Of a stretch of 45,954 nucleotides of DNA, positions 1 through 7,253 are shown piece by piece; the stretch's first letter is position 1; every line of letters begins with the position of its first letter. The position numbers were made by a program, and so were the translations under genes. Below the pieces are notes generated by a model. The model saw nothing but the letters and a program-made list of their open reading frames with translations. It ran no database searches and had not been told where the DNA came from. This stretch comes from an uncultured Rikenellaceae bacterium (GTDB taxonomy: Bacteria; Bacteroidota; Bacteroidia; Bacteroidales; Tenuifilaceae), in NCBI GenBank assembly GCA_964481075.1, contig CAYZSD010000006.1, forward strand, positions 1 to 45,954, in the 5' to 3' direction.

Positions 1-84
1 ACCAAGTACAAGCGATAGGATAAAGCCCACAATGGCTAACAGAATTGCAAGAGAAATCGCCTTTGAAGGCGAAATGTCGTTTCG

Positions 85-1197
85 TTGAAAAAAGTCCATA
101 TTCATATTTCTTTGATGGCAAAGATAGGTAAGCTTGCAAAAAATATCACATATCTGTCTATTTTTGTCGCAAAAAAGACTGTGAGGATAGGAACTTTAGA
201 TTTAGGAGAAAAGCCAATAATTCTGGCACCTATGGAGGATGTAACCGATCCTTCGTTTCGATATATGTGCAAGCGGTTCGGTGCCGATATGATGTTTACG
301 GAGTTTGTCAATTCTGATGGATTAATCAGAAATGCATCTACCTGCCAGGTTAAGCTGAACATTTTTGAAGAAGAACGACCAATAGGTATTCAGCTCTATG
401 GACACATCGTTGAAAGCATGGTTGAGGCTTGCAAGATTGCAACAGATGCCCGTCCTGATGTGATTGACATAAACTTTGGATGCCCTGTTAAGAAGATTGC
501 CAATCGTGGAGCAGGGTCGGGGATGATGAAGGATGTCCCCAAAATGGTGGAAATGACTCGTCAGATTGTAAATGCTACCCATATACCAGTAACAGTAAAA
601 ACCCGGTTGGGTTGGGACGAAGAGTCGAAATTCATTGTTGATATTGCTGAACGATTACAGGATGTTGGGATAAAGGCGTTAACCATTCACGGAAGAACCC
701 GTGCACAACTCTATAAAGGTTTGGCCGATTGGACACTAATCGGAGAGGTAAAGGCAAATCCAAGAATGACTATTCCAATTATTGGGAATGGGGATGTGGA
801 TAGTCCAGAAAGAGCGTTGGATAACTTTAATCGTTTTGGGGTCGATGGAATTATGATTGGCAGAGCCACATACGGAAGACCCTGGATTTTTAAAGAAATC
901 AAGCATTTCTTGCAATCAGGCGTTAGAATGTTACCCCTTTCGGTTGAAGAAAAAGTAGGTATAGCAAAGGAACATTTTTTGAAATCGATTGAAATAAAAC
1001 CCGATAAAAGGGGGATCCTGGAGATGCGCCGCCATTTCAGCTGTTACTTTAAGGGATTGCCAAATTTTAAGGACCTTCGTCTTAAACTGGTTACTTGTAA
1101 TGAGCCCCAAGAAATCTTAGGACTCCTTGATTTGGTTGCTGATAGATATGCAGGTTATGTTCAGGATGAGAGCATTAATCCCTCTCCCTGGCTATAG
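85..1197 (+). CDS. tRNA-dihydrouridine synthase (Dus family, TIM-barrel flavoenzyme)
   Basis: Translation contains the Dus hallmark N-terminus IILAPMEDVTDPSFRYMCKRFGADMMFTEF and the FMN-binding TIM-barrel pattern (DINFGCP, TVKTRLGWD, IGNGDV). The annotated ATG at 85 is probably too far upstream. An in-frame GTG at 181 (VRIGTLDLGEKPIILAPM) gives the canonical Dus N-terminus. Confidence 0.85.
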   Translation: MKKVHIHISLMAKIGKLAKNITYLSIFVAKKTVRIGTLDLGEKPIILAPMEDVTDPSFRYMCKRFGADMMFTEFVNSDGLIRNASTCQVKLNIFEEERPIGIQLYGHIVESMVEACKIATDARPDVIDINFGCPVKKIANRGAGSGMMKDVPKMVEMTRQIVNATHIPVTVKTRLGWDEESKFIVDIAERLQDVGIKALTIHGRTRAQLYKGLADWTLIGEVKANPRMTIPIIGNGDVDSPERALDNFNRFGVDGIMIGRATYGRPWIFKEIKHFLQSGVRMLPLSVEEKVGIAKEHFLKSIEIKPDKRGILEMRRHFSCYFKGLPNFKDLRLKLVTCNEPQEILGLLDLVADRYAGYVQDESINPSPWL

Positions 1198-2194
1198 AAT
1201 TCTTAGTAATTTTGAAGGATTAATAATACAAATAACGGGGTTATGTGTTAACAGAGCCCTAAGCACTCATAAAACCATACTATTGGAGACTAGCCCTTTC
1301 TATAAATCTACACCTTTTCTGTCCATAATTGCATGCATCCTTTGGTCAACTGCTTTTGTAGGAGTTAAGATTGGCCTTCAGTATAATCTCCCATTCCAAT
1401 TTGCGGGCATTCGTTTTATTATCTCAGGTTTACTCATTCTCCCTTTTATTCGAAATTTAGGCAGGGTGCTTAACGAAGTAACAGCAAACCTTGGAAAGAT
1501 ACTTGTGGTTGGGTTCATTCAAACCTTCCTTCAATACGCCCTTTTTTACAGTGGAATGGATAAAGTTCCAGGTGCTTTAGGTGCAATGATTATTGGATCA
1601 GCCCCTCTCTTTATCGCAATTGTTTCACATTTTTTCATGCCCGATGATGAAATGACCAGGAAGAAGTTATTTGTTATCCTTTTTGGTCTTTTGGGAGTTG
1701 CCGTTATAAGCTTCCAAAGAGATAGGATGGGAGCCTCTGGTGCATCTGCTCTGTGGGGCATTCTAATACTTGTTGCAAGTAATATCCTTTCAGGATTCGG
1801 CAATGTGTTGGTTGCAAGTGATAAAAGAAGAATTAGCCCATTAGTGCTAAGCTCATTTTCAATGATTTTTGGTGGGAGCCTGCTTTTCGTTTTGGGTTTA
1901 CTAACAGAAGGGTTAAAGGTAGGCCCTTTCCCTTTCGAATACTATGCATCGCTGGGATGGCTAAGCTTTCTTTCAGCGGCAGCTATTTCAATTTGGTACA
2001 CTCTTCTTAAACGGGTAAACGTTAAGGTTTCTGAACTGAATATTTGGAAGTTCATAATCCCGGTTCTAGGTGCAATTCTAAGCTGGATACTTCTTCCTAA
2101 CGAATACCCAACATTGATTGCTTTTATTGGAATGGCTCTGGTAGGTGTTGCCCTTGTCTCCTTGAATTTGTTCAGCAGGAAGAAGGGTTTATAA
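1127..2194 (+). CDS. EamA/DMT-family (drug/metabolite transporter) 10-TM permease
   Basis: Translation shows two EamA-like 5-TM halves (WSTAFVGVKIGLQY...; second half ILILVASNILSGFGNVLVAS...). It is hydrophobic throughout. The ORF-track start overlaps dus by 71 nt, and the N-terminal 50 aa are non-membrane-like. An in-frame TTG at 1283 is a plausible real start, so the start is uncertain. Confidence 0.7.
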   Translation: MIWLLIDMQVMFRMRALIPLPGYRILSNFEGLIIQITGLCVNRALSTHKTILLETSPFYKSTPFLSIIACILWSTAFVGVKIGLQYNLPFQFAGIRFIISGLLILPFIRNLGRVLNEVTANLGKILVVGFIQTFLQYALFYSGMDKVPGALGAMIIGSAPLFIAIVSHFFMPDDEMTRKKLFVILFGLLGVAVISFQRDRMGASGASALWGILILVASNILSGFGNVLVASDKRRISPLVLSSFSMIFGGSLLFVLGLLTEGLKVGPFPFEYYASLGWLSFLSAAAISIWYTLLKRVNVKVSELNIWKFIIPVLGAILSWILLPNEYPTLIAFIGMALVGVALVSLNLFSRKKGL

Positions 2195-2218
2195 AAAAAT
2201 CAAAAAAATTAAATGATT

Positions 2219-2252
2219 TTTGAATCAAATAAAGAAAAGTACTATATATTTG
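2219..2252 (+). promoter_or_regulatory. Bacteroidota-type sigma-A promoter (-33 TTTG / -7 TAnnTTTG) for the TetR-ABC exporter operon
   Basis: TTTG at 2219..2222 and TATATTTG at 2245..2252 are separated by 22 nt. This matches the Bacteroidetes consensus -33 TTTG and -7 TAnnTTTG. It lies 31 nt upstream of the ATG at 2283. Confidence 0.5.
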
Positions 2253-2253
2253 C

Positions 2254-2271
2254 ATACCGAACGGTCGGTAT
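2254..2271 (+). promoter_or_regulatory. Putative TetR operator: inverted repeat ATACCGA-N4-TCGGTAT
   Basis: A perfect 7-bp inverted repeat with a 4-bp spacer (ATACCGAACGGTCGGTAT) immediately abuts the -7 box, overlapping the predicted transcription start of the tetR gene. This is the classic autoregulatory TetR operator placement. Confidence 0.55.
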
Positions 2272-2282
2272 ATTATGAATAT

Positions 2283-2894
2283 ATGGAAACAAAGGATTAC
2301 ATTCTTTTCGAATCATTTAAGTTGTTCCTATCTAGAGGTTTCGATAAGGTTTCAATGAACGATCTTGTTAAAGCCTCTGGCCTTTCAAAGGGGGCTTTTT
2401 ACCATTACTTTAAAGGGAAGGAAGAAATTTTTAGGGAAGCAATACAAAATTACTTCTTTACGGGATTATCAGAAAATTCATTTTCACCGTCGAAGGAATT
2501 AGGGCTACTCGACAACCTATTAAACCTGATAGAATACAAATCGGAACTGTACAAGCAATTGCTTGAAACAACAGGTTTAACGAGTTTAAGTTCAGGCTAT
2601 TTTACGATGCTATTTCAAGCGCTGGAACTATTTCCCGATTTTAGAGAAGCCTTGGTTTTTGCTGGATCGAGCGAGGAAAGCATGCTAAGCGAAATATTTG
2701 AAATAGCACAAAAACAGGGCGAAATCGAAAAGGTGCTTAAGCCAATAGAGCTTGCCCGAATATATGCTACAATGCTCGATGGGATGGAACTGCACTCAGT
2801 AGTTTCGGGCGATTTTGATAAGCTTCATGCTAAAGAGAAAGAGGCAACAATTCATTTTACAATGTTACTTTTAAATAAAAAGAAAACAAATTAG
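2283..2894 (+). CDS. TetR/AcrR-family transcriptional repressor
   Basis: TetR HTH signature FDKVSMNDLVKASGLSKGAFYHYFKGKEEIF near the N-terminus. The ORF-track ATG at 2220 lies upstream of a predicted promoter/operator. The in-frame ATG at 2283 (METKDYILFESF...) is placed downstream of them and gives a typical TetR length of about 204 aa. Confidence 0.85.
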   Translation: METKDYILFESFKLFLSRGFDKVSMNDLVKASGLSKGAFYHYFKGKEEIFREAIQNYFFTGLSENSFSPSKELGLLDNLLNLIEYKSELYKQLLETTGLTSLSSGYFTMLFQALELFPDFREALVFAGSSEESMLSEIFEIAQKQGEIEKVLKPIELARIYATMLDGMELHSVVSGDFDKLHAKEKEATIHFTMLLLNKKKTN

Positions 2895-2897
2895 GGA

Positions 2898-3755
2898 ATG
2901 ATAAAAGTTGAAGAATTAACCTTTTCATACCCCAAATCGGGGGTTGAAGCTGTCAGGAAGATATCTTTCGAAGTTAAAGACGGAGAGGTTTTCGGATTTT
3001 TGGGTCCCAGCGGTGCAGGCAAAAGCACCACACAAAAGCTTCTGATTAAACTTCTCGATGGTTATTCGGGCAAAATAGAAGTCCTTAAACGGAGTCTAAA
3101 AGGTTGGAATGGAGATTACTATGCGAATATTGGAGTTGGATTTGAGCTGCCCAACCATTACCTTAAGCTTACTGGTGAGGAAAACCTAAAGTTCTTTTCT
3201 TCATTCTACCCAAGCGTTGCTTATAGTCCCAATGAACTTCTAAAAATGGTCGATTTGGGAGATCATGCTAGGAAAACAGTAGAAGGTTACTCCAAGGGAA
3301 TGAAGATGCGGCTAAACTTTGTTCGTGCACTCATACATGACCCAAAGCTTCTCTTCTTCGATGAACCCACATCGGGTTTGGATCCTGGGTACGCAAGAAT
3401 GATAAAGGACATAATAATAGATTTGAAGCGGAAAGGGAAAACCATTTTCCTTACCACACACAACATGCACGATGCCGATGAGCTATGCGATAGGGTTGCT
3501 TTTATGGTTGACGGAGAGCTTAAGCTAATTGGCTCTCCACGTGAGCTCAAGTTAAGCAATGGAAAGCGAAAAGTAAGGGTGGAGGCAAAAGTTGAAGGGG
3601 TTGTTGGTTGCAATGAATTTGATTTTGAGGGTTTATCGGAAAACAAGGCTTTTTTGAAGGCCATTGCTAACCCAAATCTAATGTCAATACATTCATGCGA
3701 AGAGAGCTTGGAGGATGTTTTCTTAAGAACAACCGGAAGAAGATTGCAAGGGTAA
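2898..3755 (+). CDS. ABC transporter ATP-binding protein
   Basis: Walker A GPSGAGKST, ABC signature YSKGMKMRL, Walker B LLFFDEPTSGLD and H-loop TTHNM. The start is 4 nt after the TetR stop, so it is likely co-transcribed. Confidence 0.9.
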   Translation: MIKVEELTFSYPKSGVEAVRKISFEVKDGEVFGFLGPSGAGKSTTQKLLIKLLDGYSGKIEVLKRSLKGWNGDYYANIGVGFELPNHYLKLTGEENLKFFSSFYPSVAYSPNELLKMVDLGDHARKTVEGYSKGMKMRLNFVRALIHDPKLLFFDEPTSGLDPGYARMIKDIIIDLKRKGKTIFLTTHNMHDADELCDRVAFMVDGELKLIGSPRELKLSNGKRKVRVEAKVEGVVGCNEFDFEGLSENKAFLKAIANPNLMSIHSCEESLEDVFLRTTGRRLQG

Positions 3756-3846
3756 AATCCTTCGGCATTCTTTCAATTTTTTGGGGTTGGTTTTTTATGG
3801 CGAATATTTATAGGTTGAAATAGAACGTGTTTGTAATCACAAAAGG

Positions 3847-4527
3847 ATGAAGAATTTGATAAAACTTATTGGGTGGGACATTGTGTTGCTTACCAAGTAC
3901 CAGATTCTACCTATTGCAGTTGGAATAGGCGTCTTATACATAGCCCTAATAAAATTATTAGATGTTCCCATCGACATTGTTATACTCCTAATATTTTCTG
4001 ACCCTTCAATGATGGGTTTTATCTTCGTTGGAGTGATGGTTCTTTACGAAAAACAAGCAGGAACAACGTCAGCACTAGCTGTAACTCCCTTACAACCGTG
4101 GCAATACCTTCTATCAAAGTCAATTTCACTTTCAATACCAGCAATCGTTGTGAGCATGATCATGGCCTTATCTGTTAATGCTTCGGTAAATTATTTCCTG
4201 GTTGGCTTAGCTGTAGTGTTAACCTCAACGCTATTCTTGATAATTGGTTTTGTTGGTGCCCAAAGGGTAAAAACCTTTAATCAGTATATACTTACAATTC
4301 CCATGTTTTTAGCACCTCTTTGTGTTCCATTTATCGATTTTTTTGGTTTTTGGGAATCACCAGTCATGTGGTTGATTCCAACGCATGCTTCGCTTACTCT
4401 TCTGAAGGCTGCATTCCTAAAAGTTTCAATCTGGAAAATTATTCCTTCCATTTTTATACTATTAATTTATAACGCATTATTTTGGAAGTGGGCTGTTTAC
4501 GAATATAAATCGGGGATGAAGGCTTAG
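3847..4527 (+). CDS. ABC-2 type exporter permease (6 TM)
   Basis: Hydrophobic 226-aa protein with about 6 predicted TM helices, located immediately downstream of the ABC ATPase. Confidence 0.65.
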   Translation: MKNLIKLIGWDIVLLTKYQILPIAVGIGVLYIALIKLLDVPIDIVILLIFSDPSMMGFIFVGVMVLYEKQAGTTSALAVTPLQPWQYLLSKSISLSIPAIVVSMIMALSVNASVNYFLVGLAVVLTSTLFLIIGFVGAQRVKTFNQYILTIPMFLAPLCVPFIDFFGFWESPVMWLIPTHASLTLLKAAFLKVSIWKIIPSIFILLIYNALFWKWAVYEYKSGMKA

Positions 4528-4547
4528 TGAAACCTAATTGATTTAAT

Positions 4548-5255
4548 ATGATAATTACATATAAAACTGTATTAGCATCAGATACTAAGAACATATTGAG
4601 GGATAGCGCACTGGTGTTGATGCTGGTTGTTCCGTTTTTTTTCATACCTCTGGTAAGGTTTGGGGCAGGGGCATTAGTTGATATTTTCCCTGAAATTGAA
4701 GTATATGTTCCTATGTCGGTAATGCTTTTTGGTGCAATGGTTGCAGTATTCCCTGCATTTGTAATGGGTTTTGTGATGATGGACGAGAAGGATGGTGGTA
4801 TTAATCAAATTCTCAGGGTATTACCATTTAGCCTGAACAGGTTGATAGGTTTAAGAGTCCTATTAATGGTTTCAGTAGGTTTCATCAACTGTTTTCTGTT
4901 CCTTGGTTTGAATGGTTTGGTGAAAATGAGTTTATCTCAATCCATAATGCTCTCCTTAAATGCTGCTTTATTTGCACCCATTTCTGCATTTCTAATGCTT
5001 TGTATTTCAGCAAATAAAATAGAAGCTGCGGCTGTTCTGAAGGGGATAAGTTTTGTTACTTTTTTTGCGTTCCTTCAATTCTTTATACCTGGGTGGTATA
5101 AGTACCTACTTAGTCCTTTACCAACATTTTGGCTGTATAGATCATTTGAAGAAATCGAGAACATGTTTATCTTCTCGGCCTTTAACCTAGTAGGTTTTTT
5201 TATCCAGCTAATATATCTTTATTTTTTATGGAAGTTTTTCCTGAAAAGATGGTAA
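4548..5255 (+). CDS. ABC-2 type exporter permease, second membrane subunit
   Basis: Hydrophobic 235-aa protein with about 6 TM helices, 20 nt after the previous permease. Same operon by position. Confidence 0.6.
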   Translation: MIITYKTVLASDTKNILRDSALVLMLVVPFFFIPLVRFGAGALVDIFPEIEVYVPMSVMLFGAMVAVFPAFVMGFVMMDEKDGGINQILRVLPFSLNRLIGLRVLLMVSVGFINCFLFLGLNGLVKMSLSQSIMLSLNAALFAPISAFLMLCISANKIEAAAVLKGISFVTFFAFLQFFIPGWYKYLLSPLPTFWLYRSFEEIENMFIFSAFNLVGFFIQLIYLYFLWKFFLKRW

Positions 5256-5311
5256 GCTGATTGAACCCACCACTTCAAACGTAAAATCAAGGATGAAGTA
5301 CAAATGCAACC

Positions 5312-7225
5312 CTAGCTTTGAATAAGCTTTTCTAGTGCCTCAACGTTTTTAGGGTTGAAAACATTTTTCCCTTCGGCTGAATAAAGATATTCGATTAAAT
5401 TGTTGTAAACCTTCTCAACATTTCCACGAACTACTTTAAGTGTGCTGTTAACCATACCATTCTGTTCTGAGAAGGGTTCGCTTAAAATGGCAAAAGTGGC
5501 TGGAAGCCAACGTTCGGGGAACAGGTCTTGGTATTCACCACCAGATTTAAACTTCGCTATATCGGCTTGAATTAATCCGATTGCATGGTTGATTGACTCT
5601 GGTGTTGGTTGGTTGTTTTGAAGTTCGGTTATTGCTCTCTTTATGGAATCCTTGGCAGGAAATATCAGGGCAGTTGTGTACGGGTTCTGGTTATTGTGCA
5701 GTACAATTTGTTCGATGTATTTTGAGTGTTGAATTAATGCTTCCTCAATTCCTTCGGGGCTATACTTTTCGCCATCGCTGGCAATAAGTAAGCTTTTGAA
5801 GCGTCCAAGCACATAAAGGAAACCGTCCTTATCCATGTATCCTAGATCACCAGTATGCAGCCAACCCTCTTTAATGGTTTCACTGGTTGCTCTTTCATTC
5901 TTCCAGTATCCTGCCATAATATTCTCCCCTTTCACAACTATTTCCCCTTTTTGCCCAACAGGCAATGGGTTACCATCCTCATCGCATATCTTAAGTTCAA
6001 GTGGTTTAACCAGATAGCCCGATGACCCCAGCTTATGTCTTTTAAGAGAGTTAGAGCTTATAATAGGTGTTGCCTCGGAAAGGCCATAGCCTTGAAACAT
6101 AGGGATTCCTATTGCATAAAAGAAACGTTGAAGTTCGATGTCGAGAAGTGCTCCACCTCCAATAAAGAACTGCATATTTCCTCCAAAAACCTGCCTAATC
6201 TTTGAGAAAAGAATCTTATCGTATAACCAAAGTAATGGTTTGTAAAGTTTTGCAAGACCCTTCCCTTTGTTAAAGCCTTCCTTGTTGTATGTGTATGAGA
6301 TTGAAAGCGCGTGGTTAAAGAGTTTTTCTGTTAGCTTTCCTTTGGCACGTATTCCAGCCTCAATATTTTTTTTGAAGTTTTTTGCAAGGGCTGGTACACT
6401 TAGCATTATGTGAGGCTTAAGTTCCTTAATATTAATTGGGATATTCTTTAGTGTGTCGAGCGGGGTTTTGCCAATTTGAACAGTTCCTAAGCTTGCTCCC
6501 ATAGCCATGAAAGAATAGATACCGGCTACATGAGCAAAGCAGTGGTCGAGGGGTAGGATGATTAGAGTTTTGTAGAACGAAGGCACATCCATTAGGGTTA
6601 GAGCCTGCTCAACATTGGCAGTATAGTTCCGATGTGTAAGTATTACCCCCTTTGGGTCGGCAGTGGTTCCAGATGTATAGCTGAAGGTAGCAAAATCGTT
6701 TGGTTTAACTTTCCTTGAGGCTTGTGCAACTGAGTCGGGAAATTCTTTAAGGTATTTAATGCCAAAATCAATCACTGATGAAATGAGTAGCTCGTTCTCC
6801 TCGTAGTAAACCTGCTCATCGAGAAAAATAATTGTCTTTACAAGAGGAAGCCTTTTCTTGATGCTATTTATTTTATGAGCCTGAGCCCCAGACACAATAA
6901 TCATTGTTGCCTCGGAATGCTCTATTCGGAAGTGAAGATCGTTCCCTTCAAGTTTTATGGAAAGAGGTACGTTGACTGCACCAGAGTAAAGAATTGCAAG
7001 TTCGGCAATAACCCATTGCTTTCTACCCTCGGAGAGTAAGGCAATTTTGTCGTCCTTTTTAATTCCCAAACTAATTAGTCCAGCAGTAAGTTGAAAGACA
7101 GTGCTTTGGGTTTCTTTATAGGTTGTTGGCTCAAATTGACCGTTGTTTTTTTCCCACAGAAAAGGGTTGTTGCTAAACTTTGCTACACTCTCCTCAAAGA
7201 GGTTTATTATTGTCTTCATTAACAA
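5312..7225 (-). CDS. Long-chain fatty acid--CoA ligase (AMP-dependent synthetase/ligase, FAA1-like)
   Basis: AMP-binding motif FSYTSGTTADPKGVILTHRNY, then GYGLSEATP, then TGDLGYMDKDGFLYVLGRFKSLLIASDGEKYSPEGIE. The 637-aa length is typical of long-chain acyl-CoA synthetases. Confidence 0.85.
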   Translation of the reverse strand: MLMKTIINLFEESVAKFSNNPFLWEKNNGQFEPTTYKETQSTVFQLTAGLISLGIKKDDKIALLSEGRKQWVIAELAILYSGAVNVPLSIKLEGNDLHFRIEHSEATMIIVSGAQAHKINSIKKRLPLVKTIIFLDEQVYYEENELLISSVIDFGIKYLKEFPDSVAQASRKVKPNDFATFSYTSGTTADPKGVILTHRNYTANVEQALTLMDVPSFYKTLIILPLDHCFAHVAGIYSFMAMGASLGTVQIGKTPLDTLKNIPINIKELKPHIMLSVPALAKNFKKNIEAGIRAKGKLTEKLFNHALSISYTYNKEGFNKGKGLAKLYKPLLWLYDKILFSKIRQVFGGNMQFFIGGGALLDIELQRFFYAIGIPMFQGYGLSEATPIISSNSLKRHKLGSSGYLVKPLELKICDEDGNPLPVGQKGEIVVKGENIMAGYWKNERATSETIKEGWLHTGDLGYMDKDGFLYVLGRFKSLLIASDGEKYSPEGIEEALIQHSKYIEQIVLHNNQNPYTTALIFPAKDSIKRAITELQNNQPTPESINHAIGLIQADIAKFKSGGEYQDLFPERWLPATFAILSEPFSEQNGMVNSTLKVVRGNVEKVYNNLIEYLYSAEGKNVFNPKNVEALEKLIQS

Positions 7226-7253
7226 ACAAATAGTAAAGGGTTAGAGAATTATT

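Noticed and set aside
1-84. Possible 3' end of an upstream gene at the window edge
   Set aside because: Only 84 nt are available. A minus-strand frame is open to the window edge but there is no start or motif, so it cannot be annotated.
3287-3664. 125-aa antisense ORF within the ABC ATPase gene, and similar antisense ORFs (26557..26904 in rlpA, 35366..35870 in DUF2723, 41400..41744 in the MFS/SpdS gene)
   Set aside because: All are embedded in the opposite strand of CDSs with strong motif support and have no recognisable motifs of their own. They are treated as spurious.
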